Assembly: GCA_047285535.1 (NCBI GenBank)
Contig: JBJBDC010000001.1
Coordinates: forward strand, 1,568,136 to 1,632,135
DNA: 64,000 bases
Source: Synechococcus sp.
GTDB taxonomy: Bacteria; Cyanobacteriota; Cyanobacteriia; PCC-6307; Cyanobiaceae
Direction of reading: 5' to 3'
A model generated the notes under the pieces. That model was given only the letters and a program-made list of their open reading frames with translations, was not told the DNA's origin and searched no databases. A program made the translations under genes and the position numbers. Shown here piece by piece: positions 43,883 through 54,279 of the stretch (positions are counted from its first letter, which is position 1; each line of letters begins with the position of its first letter).

Positions 43883-44660
43883 TATCAATTCAAATCCTTG
43901 TTAAGGATATACAAAACTGGGCGTTCTTCTATAGAAAAAAAGAAACGTATGCAACAAAGAATTGACGGCCCAACTACTCTAATCGTGGAAACTATAGAAA
44001 GCGAAACAAAGCGCAGGAGCGATCAAGAGGTAATTTTTCTAAATATATTGCTGCATCAATTACAAACATATCAAGACTGATTTCGCATCTATAATCTGTT
44101 AATTCGATGAAGGCGAAGCGAATATAACAAAGCGGCTCAAAAACAACAAAAAGAGAAATTAGCGTATTGAATTTATCACCACAGGCCAGAAATGTCACCA
44201 AAACCAAAATAAATGGCAATCCCTTCGGCGGCCATCATCGAGACTTGATGCATTTCTAATTGCCTTTGGTGATTAGACGCTACAAGTCCCGGACCTGAAA
44301 CTTATCAATCATCGCAGAGCCTTGACATGGAATCTTTGAGATGCAACTGAAGATCATTTCAGACTTGAGAAGTGACTACATCCCTCTCAAAAGATGCGTC
44401 TCAGATCTTAATAATATTACTTTATCTTATGAGGAATTGAAATGATGTGAGAAGGTTTGCCGGCAATCATGAGCAACAGATTTCTCATTATCATAGGTTG
44501 GCAAGGAAACGAGCAAATCCCTGACATACCAGGGAAACCGGTGTTGGCTAAAATCAACTATTGTCGAAAATCACTTTTACCAAGGAAGTTCCGAAATAGG
44601 CTATTCATGTGAATTTTGCTCTCATATGCGAACAAACCGTCGAAAATAATTGTCGATTCA

Positions 44661-44993
44661 TCAATAGCGAAACTCACGGACCAATTTCCATCGACCTTCG
44701 TTTTTACCTTGTTCCCAGCGCTGACTTCTTATTTCATTGTTTTTAAGGCCTTCGATTTTTCGATCTACTACATTCACAACGCACTTTCTTGAAGAAATTA
44801 CTTCGTTAATTGGCTTTGGTTTGAGTCCTCGTTTTGGCTCCAAGCCAATCTCTTCCCAAGAAACAGACCTTTTAAAAGAAAGTGTGATTCCATTGTCTTT
44901 CCATGTTGAACACGCTTCTTTAGCCTTATCTATAGATGGGTAAAAACATCCCCCTAAACCTAGTATCACCAAGAATGATGTAAGAGTTTTCAT
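44661..44993 (-). CDS. Putative lipoprotein ending in FRY
   Basis: Lipobox LGGC; aligns by eye with 57247-57720. Confidence 0.75.
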   Translation of the reverse strand: MKTLTSFLVILGLGGCFYPSIDKAKEACSTWKDNGITLSFKRSVSWEEIGLEPKRGLKPKPINEVISSRKCVVNVVDRKIEGLKNNEIRSQRWEQGKNEGRWKLVREFRY

Positions 44994-45376
44994 ACATTGA
45001 AAACATTGCTCTCTACAGCTTACCTTCATCTCTATAGTGGATGCCCCATTAACGATTGAGGTCGGCCCAACGATCTGATAGGAATGCGATGACGCTAAAA
45101 CCTATTCGACGACAATTACAGCCTAGAGAAGCAAATTTAGAGAATGCACAATGAAATTACTTAGCATTTCAAATTAGATCATTGGCGTAGCGGTACAAAT
45201 AGATGTTCATTGCAAGTACTGGCATCATCATGACAAGTCTTGAAACAATAGTTCGACGCCTTGGATCAAGTGATGAATTTACTCACCAATACTCATGACA
45301 GCTGTAGAGAAATCCAACTACATAAGAGCGATTCATTGGTAGATTATATGGAAGAGTGAGCCACTGGAGATGTCTA

Positions 45377-45601
45377 ATGGAGTTTCATGGAACCTTCCTT
45401 GAGCTTCAAGCTGCTGTAGAGAAACTAGGTATCCCATGCCACTGGGAGCATCGGCACGAGTTTGAATCAGCCTTTTTTGATGACGATATTAGTAACCTTA
45501 AACTAAATTGGTGGCCATCCACAGGAGTGATTCAAATGATAGGTGACCCAGAAGTCCGAACCGAAACGTGGAAACGCCTTCAAGAACTGCTAAATTTATA
45601 G
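45377..45601 (+). CDS. Hypothetical protein
   Basis: Protein-like ORF MEFHGTFLELQAAV...LNWWPSTGVIQMIGDP. Confidence 0.7.
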   Translation: MEFHGTFLELQAAVEKLGIPCHWEHRHEFESAFFDDDISNLKLNWWPSTGVIQMIGDPEVRTETWKRLQELLNL

Positions 45602-45716
45602 TCGATCAGCTTCAAGGGTTGATTGAAGAAACAAACCACATTTTAAACGAGGTTTAGTTGTGAATGCTTCAAGAATAACTTCTTTTATGCATTAAAGCTA
45701 AAGAGCAACCAATCTG

Positions 45717-46295
45717 TTATTGAAGCGTTGCGGGTTCCGCTTCATCTTCTCTGAGTTCGGCGTCAATGATCATCATCGCCGCACGCTCACCATTGGCATA
45801 CTTCACCCGGCCCAGCAGGTAAGCGGCTTCATGTTCTGAGGCTCGCTGATCATCAACAACGGGATCAAGGAAAACCGTTGTGCGTTGATCAACATCGCGC
45901 TCTGCTGTGGCATACAGCTGCAGCACAGAACTGGTGACATCCGCTTCCATCTTGAAAACGTTGGCGATCACCTCTTCTGGATCGGGCCATGTCTGGCGAG
46001 GTGCTTCGATCGTATCGAGTTCAACGGTTTGACCCCGGGAGATCAGATAGTCGGCGAATTTTGCGGCATGCTCCTGCTCCTGCTTGGCTTCATTACGCAG
46101 ATGTTCAGCAAAACCAGTGAGTTCGCGCTCTGCAAACCAGACGGCTGCAGCGAAATAGTCAGCAGAGGATTGCCGTTCCAGATTGAGATGGGCCTGGAGC
46201 TGGCTGACCATCTCCGGTGACATGGCTTCTGCCATGGCACGACCAGCAGGTCCGGTGGCGATGCTGATCTTGGCTTGGGTTGTGGATTGAGTCAT
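45717..46295 (-). CDS. ftn: Ferritin
   Basis: HLNLERQSSADY, EQEHAAKFADYL, MEADVT, FLDPVVDDQRASE: ferroxidase-centre pattern of non-haem ferritin. Confidence 0.93.
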   Translation of the reverse strand: MTQSTTQAKISIATGPAGRAMAEAMSPEMVSQLQAHLNLERQSSADYFAAAVWFAERELTGFAEHLRNEAKQEQEHAAKFADYLISRGQTVELDTIEAPRQTWPDPEEVIANVFKMEADVTSSVLQLYATAERDVDQRTTVFLDPVVDDQRASEHEAAYLLGRVKYANGERAAMMIIDAELREDEAEPATLQ

Positions 46296-46388
46296 GAGGG
46301 TGTCCGAAACGAGGACTCCTCCGTTCTATTACATTTTTTCGACGATGTAAGGAGAATGAACCGAACATTATCAAGACAAGATTTGCTG

Positions 46389-46405
46389 TTGAGAATCACA
46401 ATCAA
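46389..46405. promoter_or_regulatory. Possible Fur-family operator upstream of ferritin
   Basis: TTGAGAATCACAATCAA; core TGAGAAT-C-ACAATCA versus 7-1-7 consensus TGATAAT-N-ATTATCA (11 of 14 match). Confidence 0.35.
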
Positions 46406-47521
46406 TAGCTGTATTCTTTGCAGTGATTCTGTTCAGCAAGGAGGCTAATTGTTGTTGATACTCTTTTGCAATTAGAACGTGTCAGCTGTCGATGTCTAGG
46501 CAGCAAAAGCGTTTCAACTGTCTACCTGGAAACGAAGGCTCAAAAATTATCGCAGCAAAGTGAATGAGTGAATTATTTATCGTCTTGATCAAAACGTGAT
46601 ATGGATCTATCTCAACCAATAACCTAACTATCCATTCAGCGATATTCAGAACGATCAAGTTCGTAAGTGTCAACACGATGTAAGGGAAAACCGCAACAGG
46701 GTAGGTACCTAGGGAACGAGAAGGATATCGCTGATTTCATCTGAAATGCTCATTACATGAAGAGAGCATCGAGGAGGGGTTTGCAGAAATCAGGGTGAAG
46801 CAGCCACACAAAATAGCTCAAGCTACTGTGAAGGGCCAAAGCAAATCATCCAAAAACTCAAAGCGCTGCAGCGAGGGTGCGTATGAAGCAAAAGCAGCTT
46901 TCATCTTGATGCCTAAGCTTTTCCAGTGGATAACTATGGGCAGTTTTCCATTAACTCAAACTTAGACAAAGCACAAAACCACTGGGTAACAAAGGGATCA
47001 GATGCTTGATAATCTTAGATGAAGGCTAAACCTCGACCCATTAAGCACTGGCAATGCTGTTTTGGGTTCTCTTTTGATTGAAAAACAGATATCCTCTAGA
47101 AAGCAGCAGAAATACAAACATTGTTTTTGGCGACACGATTACCTCAGGCAAGCCTCAGGACCAAAACCAAGTGTAAGCTATAGACAAGCGCTTGAACATC
47201 AAATATTGAAGCACAACATCTTTTTGAATCATATCCAAAAGATGGTTTTTATGGATCTAAGCACATGTAAGCTCATCGAGACCAATCAAGCTAGAAATAG
47301 ATGAAAGGATCAAACGCAGTGACATGTTAAAACCGAATTGAAGCACTAAAATCAATAGTCAATAGTCATACCTGCAATGGAAGCGACGAAAACACATTAG
47401 ACTAAAATAACGTAAAGATATGCGGCAATAGTGCTATTTTTTCCCAAGCAAAACCCTTGGCACTGTGCAGAATTGAAAAAGGTGGGACGTTTCCTCCCTA
47501 TACACTTATCTTGGTGAACTA

Positions 47522-48091
47522 ATGAACCATTCTGATCACGTTCCTGCAGTTGTCTTTCAAACTCGAGTTCGCGATGAAAGCATTGGGGGTTCCAACCCTT
47601 TCAAATGGCAGGATCGTACCTCTGACGAAATTTTTAAAAACAAAAAAATTGTTCTTTTCTCACTTCCTGGAGCATTCACTCCTACTTGTTCCTCGAATCA
47701 TCTACCTCGATACGAAGAACTTTATGATGAATTTCGATCCCAAGGGGTTGATCAAATCATCTGCCTGTCAGTTAATGATGCCTTTGTGATGTTCCAATGG
47801 GGAAAACATATTGGGGTGAAAAATATCTTTTTACTGCCAGATGGAAATGGTGATTTTACTCGCCAGATGGGAATGCTTGTTGACAAAGAAAACCTGGGTT
47901 TTGGAATGCGTTCATGGAGATATTCAATGCTGGTAAATAATGGACGCATTGAGAAGCTGTTTGTTGAACCAGGCTTTTCTGACAACTGCCCTAGCGATCC
48001 ATTTGAAGTGTCAGATGCCGATACGATGCTTGCCTATTTAAAAGGTGAAACCTCATCAGGGATAGCGAAACCCCATGATTTCATAGGATAA
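47522..48091 (+). CDS. Peroxiredoxin, type II (Prx5-like)
   Basis: [45 protein letters not shown]. Confidence 0.96.
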   Translation: MNHSDHVPAVVFQTRVRDESIGGSNPFKWQDRTSDEIFKNKKIVLFSLPGAFTPTCSSNHLPRYEELYDEFRSQGVDQIICLSVNDAFVMFQWGKHIGVKNIFLLPDGNGDFTRQMGMLVDKENLGFGMRSWRYSMLVNNGRIEKLFVEPGFSDNCPSDPFEVSDADTMLAYLKGETSSGIAKPHDFIG

Positions 48092-48203
48092 CAACTTCAA
48101 TTAATAAATCCAAACGTTTACGCTAAGAGTTGATTAAATAGAGCATCATTACTAAAAATCTATCCTTTCAAAAGACAAGCATTTTATCGCTAACCAACAC
48201 ACT

Positions 48204-48241
48204 GCCAAATCCTTCTCATGTTTTACCGCGAGGGATTTGGC
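48204..48241 (+). terminator. Hairpin downstream of peroxiredoxin
   Basis: GCCAAATCCTTC...GAGGGATTTGGC followed by TCTT. Confidence 0.5.
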
Positions 48242-49466
48242 TCTTAACATGCGACAGGAAAGCCAATAATCAAAAACTTAGTGACGTGCAAGTAAAACAA
48301 ATTTCCCTGGTCAAGGCTTTCAATATTTTGACACGCTCAATTAAGAATCATGTTGGACATCACAGATCATACCTATACTTAGGGAAGCAGGACTCTGTCA
48401 TGCAGATAAATAAGTGCTGGCAGGAACAATACAAGCAGTAACAATCGTTAACCTTGCTTATTCACTCTGAGGGCCGACAAAACAGATTTAGGTGGCATTA
48501 TTCCTCATCGAGAAAAGAAGGAAACCATCAAGTCTGAGCAATTTTTTTTGATTACCCCTAAACAGGCATTAGAGAACTGAGCAACAAAGCCCCTATGAAG
48601 AATGATCGTCAGTCAATTAATTGGAGACTTAGGGATAAAGAAAAACACATACAAGAGAGTATTTTCAAAGGATAAAAGTAAGAGAATGGGTGATTTAGAT
48701 GAAGTTTACTTTAGGTCGTATTTATGAGCAGCAGCTGCCTCCATGAACCAGACTCCTATAGTGAGTCGACTTGCTCTTGCTTGAGCTGTTTGGCAAGAGA
48801 ATGGGACTATTAGTAATGACTAACTCTCAACTGTGTGAAGTGCGAATCATTTCTAGCCCTTTGAGGAGAAACGGGAACTAGAGTATTTCATTTGGCCACT
48901 TCTTCGATTATTGGTTCTATCCTGCCAAGCAAAAAGACTTATGACAGAAAGCCTTGAGAGAGTAATAACTCAGACACGAGAAAGAGAGTGCCAGGGATTT
49001 GCTGCCTGTGGAAGGGGTCTAAAGAGCTAATCTTACGTTCCTACAAAGGTATGAATAGAAATTGTCAGTAGTTACAAACAATGGCGTGCCAGTCTCTAGG
49101 TCGGCAAGAGAGCATATCCCTACTGAGGACGTCTGGTCAGCAAAGGATGCAACAGAAGCCTTGATCAATGTGTTGGACTACGCAAAAAACAATCACATCT
49201 CCCATGGCTCGTAGGGCATCGGATCGAGCCACGTGAGTATGGCTACATAGGTGCTCACATCGTGAACTGGTCATCAGGGATACATTCTCTAGCCCTATGG
49301 ACATAATGTCTTAACCAATGAATTGGCAAAGACATGGGCCTTTCTAGAAAAGTTCTGCTATAAATGAGTATCTCCTTCATCTAGGGTTGATTTTGGACTC
49401 AGATCACAAGTGATCATTTCATGTCCAAATCAAAATTAAGATTCAATTACTACCTGAATCCCTCAC

Positions 49467-49661
49467 ATGTCTGACATCACTGACAAGTACGAGAAGTACA
49501 AAGTTCCCTACAGCACTAACGAGAAGCATTCTCCTGATGAGTTTAACCCCAAGGAAAATGGCGGTCTGGACAATCCAGAAAATAGACACAAGGACAAATT
49601 ACTCGACGATATTTGCGACACTCATCCTGGGTCGCCGATGTGCAAAGTTTTCGACTGCTGA
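49467..49661 (+). CDS. CP12-like small protein
   Basis: Acidic 64-aa ORF ending LLDDICDTHPGSPMCKVFDC (C-X8-C, compare CDANPEADECRVYDD). Confidence 0.75.
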   Translation: MSDITDKYEKYKVPYSTNEKHSPDEFNPKENGGLDNPENRHKDKLLDDICDTHPGSPMCKVFDC

Positions 49662-50431
49662 TTGGCAATTTTAATCCATTCATCGGTTTCAAATACCACT
49701 GAATACAAAATTCACTTCACTAAATTCTGTCCAGAAAATACATAGACCAACCGCCTTTGAGGCAAACAACCTCAACAATTGATTGTTTTTTATTTAATCC
49801 AATCACATTCTAGTGCCGAGGTACGCTTACGTCAAACAATAAACAATTCTTTGGCCATTATTGGCAGCATAAATGCGCTCCAATGACACTAATTCATAAA
49901 GAATAGAAGGGAATAAAGCCGTTAATTAGAGTAAATAGTGTCCTATACTTCAGTTTTAGCTTCAAAAATATGTTCTCTTCCCTAGGAAAAATTTAAACAT
50001 CATAACTGCTTCAATCAATCGCCAATATGGGGATTGCATCTTGTTGTTTATTAAGGATGAAGCTGATCTGATCAGTAACAGGAATATTAAAACAGGCAAA
50101 ACGGAAATAGTCTCAAACCCTATACAGGATTGCCAATCCCACGTCATCTCAATTAAACACAACCTGTCCCTACACTATGCAACTGATAAAGAGACCGAAC
50201 AGAATCAAACATATAAAATCACTATTCACTGATCAAAAAGACCTGGATTGACTTTAAACGGAAGGCAAGAACAAAGCAATATATATTAATTAAAGCATCC
50301 AATCATTCCACAGTTCTCGAGATCAGCAGGCTGAAAAAAGGTGTAATCCGTAGTAGTAGCATAAGCAAGAATTCTTATTAAGCAAATTCGAGCATAAAAT
50401 TAGCAGCCTAAGATTTGATGTGCTTGAAAGA

Positions 50432-50680
50432 TTACATACTCAACCACTCAAACCAAATAACCTGAAAAAGAATAGACGTAATAAGGGCACAAATGTATGT
50501 TTCTTTCGGATCCTTCGTTTGAGTGATCCCCTGCGCTGCCAGCCTTTTTAATCCCTTTTTGCGATAAAAGGGTTGGATGTCACCATACAGATGCAAGGCA
50601 AGCGCAATAACAAGAATTTTACCAATGAACTTCAGTGCTTGATAAATCATTTGAGCTCGCAGAGTCGACCTGGTTGACAC
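50432..50680 (-). CDS. Hypothetical small membrane protein
   Basis: Two hydrophobic segments; no known motif. Confidence 0.35.
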   Translation of the reverse strand: MSTRSTLRAQMIYQALKFIGKILVIALALHLYGDIQPFYRKKGLKRLAAQGITQTKDPKETYICALITSILFQVIWFEWLSM

Positions 50681-50907
50681 TTAAAAGTTATAACTTACGA
50701 AACGCGATAAAAATAGAAACAGATTAGAACTTAACCATGCGACCATGGAAGCATGGGAAGAACTCACGTACTACAGAAGGCTAGCGTGCCTTGTCTTATA
50801 TTCTCAAGGAATTCATTCCACGAAGAAAGAATCTACATTGATTATGAATCCGGAAGGAAATGATCCAGCATCCCAAGCTATTATAAGTGCAGCACAGGTA
50901 AGCTCTT

Positions 50908-51111
50908 TTGATTTTTCAATGGGATAGCTTCTGGGAAGAACTACCTGATGTCATTTCTGCATTGGTACTACTATTAATTTACGGTTCTGTTATTATTCAG
51001 GAATCGAATAAACAGCCTATACCAGTTCTTAAAAGCTTCGGCTTAGTCCTCAAGAACTGGAAGATATTGATATACACACTGGTATTCGCTCTGCTAATTT
51101 CAAGAACCTAG
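50908..51111 (+). CDS. Hypothetical small membrane protein
   Basis: Two hydrophobic segments; no known motif. Confidence 0.4.
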   Translation: MIFQWDSFWEELPDVISALVLLLIYGSVIIQESNKQPIPVLKSFGLVLKNWKILIYTLVFALLISRT

Positions 51112-51302
51112 AGTCAATGCAAGCACTGACATTTTTAATAAACAAAGCATTAATCTATATCTTACTCATGCCGATTAGTTTTTGGTTATCATCTCACAAT
51201 AGGTCTTGACTCAAGGCGGAGAGAAAAGAGACTTCCATAAGCCAAGATAAAAGTTGCATATACACCTAAACCAGGTATTATCAGAAAAATATATTCCCTT
51301 TG

Positions 51303-51632
51303 ATGGTCAAACTAGTCCGCGTCAAAGAATGATCAAAAATAGCTGGGGTGTGTTCCGGACTTGAGGCCTGCGACAACGGATCTTCTCTTCTTTGGCGGTT
51401 AGCATTTGTGCTTCTGGCTTTATTTGGTGGCGTTGGGCTGTTAATTTACGTGGTAATGGCAATTATTCTTCCCGAAGAAAAAACTGTCCAAGATGCAAAA
51501 AAGATCTCATCAATAAGAGTCAATGCTGAACAGATTGAAGAACAACTACGACACCTTGAGTCCATGAAAGAAAAAGGTCTTATAGATGAAAGTGAATACC
51601 AGAAGCTCCGCAAAAGAACTATTGGCCTCTGA
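51303..51632 (+). pseudogene. PspC-domain plus SHOCT-like protein with an in-frame stop
   Basis: MVKLVRVKE*SKIAGVCSGL...WRLAFV...LIYVVMAIILP (PspC) and LESMKEKGLIDESEYQKLRK (SHOCT); TGA at 51330-51332. Confidence 0.8.
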
Positions 51633-51967
51633 TCTGAATTTTCAAAGCATTGTCTCTGTGCTTGAATAAAAAGTGTATTTTCATCGGTAAGATTCAGACA
51701 TCGTAAAAAGAACCTGTGCCAGAATTATGGAGTTCTTCGAAGTCAAGCTATCAATTGATAGAGGATGAATGGCTGGGTTTGGCGCAAAACAACCCCGGTG
51801 CAGTGGTTGGTGCTGTGTCGCAGCTGGACAAGCTTTGTGGGTTGTCTCCTCCCAAGCGGAGTTCGCTCTGCATCAGAGAGCTGATTGGGATTGAATTCGG
51901 TTGTTTCGCCAGTCAGGATTCGGTTCCTACTCTCGAGAATCTGCAAACGTCCCTTAAACTTGTTTCA

Positions 51968-52023
51968 CGTTGGTCCCTTAAAAGGGACGCAGTTCGATCT
52001 CAAACAAGCAACGGGGTTTGAGG
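51968..52023 (+). ncRNA. Glutamine riboswitch, Downstream-peptide (type II) motif
   Basis: CGTTG/CAACG pairing, stem GTCCC/GGGAC, linker GCAGTTCGA, crossing stem CTCAAAC/GTTTGAG; -10-like TAAACT at 51955-51960; short ORF 17 nt downstream. Confidence 0.85.
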
Positions 52024-52040
52024 CGCTGTCGGTCGTTCCC

Positions 52041-52187
52041 ATGAACACCCTCCTCCTGATCAAAGAAAAAGAGCTGAAGGCACAACGCCTGCTTGATGCT
52101 CAGCTCAGTTTCGCTGCCCATTCCGAGGGCATCGATTACACCTCTGCGCATCAGTCACCAGCCAAGCTTGCTTCATCGTCTGACTAA
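52041..52187 (+). CDS. Small peptide under glutamine riboswitch control (DUF4278/GS-inactivating-factor-like)
   Basis: MNTLLLIKEKELKAQRLLDAQLSFAAHSEGIDYTSAHQSPAKLASSSD, bounded by riboswitch and terminator. Confidence 0.75.
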   Translation: MNTLLLIKEKELKAQRLLDAQLSFAAHSEGIDYTSAHQSPAKLASSSD

Positions 52188-52213
52188 TCTTCAGCTGGTT
52201 TGGTTGTAACGCT

Positions 52214-52238
52214 AACCCCGCCATCAGCGGGGTTTTTT
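52214..52238 (+). terminator. Intrinsic terminator
   Basis: AACCCCGC-CATCA-GCGGGGTT followed by a T-run. Confidence 0.88.
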
Positions 52239-52406
52239 AGTGCCTGATGAACTGTCAGAAACCCAGAAACCACAGACTGCAGCTGGCTTGGTCGGCCCCT
52301 ATGAGCAAGATCACAGCGCTGCTTGATTCAAGACATTAACTCTCCGATTGATTCAGACGATGGTGTGTGCATCGGAGGGAGACCTCCACAATCCTTACTC
52401 AAAACG

Positions 52407-52595
52407 ATGACTAACAACGAACTCACACTCGATCAACTGCAATCAGTCAGCGGAGGCATCAATCGGCAACCATACCCAAATATGCCTAGGAGAAATTGGA
52501 TGCAGACGTCAAACAATATGAGTGGACAGAAAGCATTCCTTCCATGGCATCGGTCAAGGAAATCATTCCGCTCTTATCCGATCAGTGAGTGGTGA
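52407..52595 (+). CDS. Double-glycine-leader peptide precursor (CCRG-2-like)
   Basis: Leader MTNNELTLDQLQSVSGG followed by a 45-aa basic core. Confidence 0.8.
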   Translation: MTNNELTLDQLQSVSGGINRQPYPNMPRRNWMQTSNNMSGQKAFLPWHRSRKSFRSYPISEW

Positions 52596-52739
52596 TAGCA
52601 AGAGTCATTACAAACAATTTGATAATTATGAATCCCACGCTCTAATCAGCCGTCTTTGCTCAAGCCCTGAATGCCATGTAGGTGCTCTACCAAAGCTTGG
52701 TCTTTGCCTGAGTGGTTGAGCTCCCTCAATTTGCTTCGA

Positions 52740-52796
52740 CGGAGAGGGTCGGATTCGAACCGATCGAGTAACGGAGAGGGAGGGATTCGATCCCTC
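52740..52796 (-). repeat. Two tandem tRNA-Ser-like 3' end fragments (attachment-site scars)
   Basis: Minus strand GAGGGATCGAATCCCTCCCTCTCCG (52796-52772) and GGTTCGAATCCGACCCTCTCCG (52761-52740): T-arm plus 3' acceptor strand only. Confidence 0.8.
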
Positions 52797-53158
52797 TGCT
52801 CCTATGCCACTCAAGAGGATTAGAGCCGCTGCTTCTATTGAGCTTGAACCGATAGAAGCACGCGACTCCCAATCTATGGACAATCGTCGGGCCCATCATC
52901 CGAAGGTCTGACCTAAGAAATCAAATACCAGAAAAGCTGAAAATGCCTGCTGCAGCACACAAAAATATCGTTGATCCTATGGTTCTACTTGTTGATCTTT
53001 GGATAAGATATTCACTTGCCTACTATGAGCGAAGAATTGGCTCTGGTGGCAGGGGAGGTTATGAGTGATTGCCATTACTAACTTCCACACCTGAGACGAC
53101 TAACTGGTAAAAACAACTTGATGACGATAACATCAGGTTAGTGCCTCTTGACGGGAAA

Positions 53159-53497
53159 TCACCCAAAAGTGCGTCCATTCCAACCCCAGTCCGAAGCATT
53201 GATATCAGTAAAACCAATGTAAATACGGTCCTTAGAAATACCCAAATCTGTCTGAATCAACTCACAGAATTGATCTGACATTGCCGGGGGAGTCAAAGCT
53301 CCAATCGACTTGATTTCGACATAAGCACAGGGTGCATCACTGCCTGCGAAGGTCATAGGAACGCCAGAGTTCAAAAGAGTCATGACATACGACTCAGGCT
53401 TTCCAGTAGCATTAGCGAGAGTTGTTGATAGCTTTTTTAGGAGAGCATCAGGAGCCTGGACATCCGAAAGATTCGTCCTGACGTTGATAAGCGGCAT
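53159..53497 (-). CDS. MIF/phenylpyruvate tautomerase family protein
   Basis: MPLINVRTN (catalytic Pro1), TGKPESYVM, IKSIG, RIYIGF, WGWNGRTF; start 53497 rather than ORF-track 53773. Confidence 0.93.
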   Translation of the reverse strand: MPLINVRTNLSDVQAPDALLKKLSTTLANATGKPESYVMTLLNSGVPMTFAGSDAPCAYVEIKSIGALTPPAMSDQFCELIQTDLGISKDRIYIGFTDINASDWGWNGRTFG

Positions 53498-53739
53498 CTG
53501 TAGCGAGAGAATAGATCCACATGATGGCCCTAAACTCTCATCACTGCATAGGTCATTGATCATTGCTGGCGTCCTCATGTCACAACAGCTGCTCAGCGCC
53601 AAACTGAGGGTATGAAACGCCTCCTGCTCCAGCTGCTTCGGAACCTCAGGGGCAAGTCCTCGAAACCCCCGCTCCATACGCCGGCGGAATTGGAGTACTT
53701 CAAACGCGATGCCCTTGACAATAGAGGCAAGCACTACTG

Positions 53740-53925
53740 ATGCAGGGAGCATTTGAGCTTGGGCTGCTTGCAATCATTTTTCTCGCTCTCCAGATTTGGT
53801 GGCTGAGCAAGGTCTTTTTGAATCGTCCACGGCAGCCGAGACCGATGGGTGCTTCAAAGACAATGCAAGCCAATTCTCTTCAAAACAAACGTAATTCTCT
53901 CGAAAAGATCTTTGGACAATCCTGA
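53740..53925 (+). CDS. Small single-TM hypothetical protein
   Basis: One TM segment, then basic tail ending LEKIF. Confidence 0.65.
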   Translation: MQGAFELGLLAIIFLALQIWWLSKVFLNRPRQPRPMGASKTMQANSLQNKRNSLEKIFGQS

Positions 53926-53985
53926 TAGCCACCACGGCCCTCAATGAGTCCCCATTAGCCCCTTAACTGATCAACTCGAATGTCC

Positions 53986-54279
53986 TTAGAAGTAGATAAG
54001 GCTTGATCGGCACAAGCGAAGCGCCTCCCGTGCCGAATCCAGCGAGGCCTTGCTTGGCGTGGCCAAACCGTTTGGAACCACAAGTGCGCCATTGAGATCC
54101 AGTCGAACCCGCGCAGAGAACCAGGATCCACCGCCAGGAACAAATGCACGGCAAACGTGATTGTGTTCGCTATCCAGCTTGCGCTCAATCACCCAACCAT
54201 CGACGCGATCAATTGTCTGAAAACTCTGAGCAAGTGCGGATGTTCCCATCAGCGCAAGAAGTGGCAAGTTGCGTTTCAT
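53986..54279 (-). CDS. Secreted hypothetical protein
   Basis: Signal peptide ending ALA-Q; two Cys. Confidence 0.65.
   Translation of the reverse strand: MKRNLPLLALMGTSALAQSFQTIDRVDGWVIERKLDSEHNHVCRAFVPGGGSWFSARVRLDLNGALVVPNGLATPSKASLDSAREALRLCRSSLIYF

Noticed and set aside
51330..51332. TGA as selenocysteine or programmed readthrough
   Set aside because: The position is not a conserved Cys site of PspC and no recoding hairpin is evident.
52740..52830. A functional tRNA-Ser gene
   Set aside because: No D-arm, anticodon arm or 5' acceptor strand can be folded.
53498..53773. N-terminal extension of the MIF ORF
   Set aside because: MIF enzymes need Pro at position 1 after Met removal; the extension also overlaps the divergent gene.
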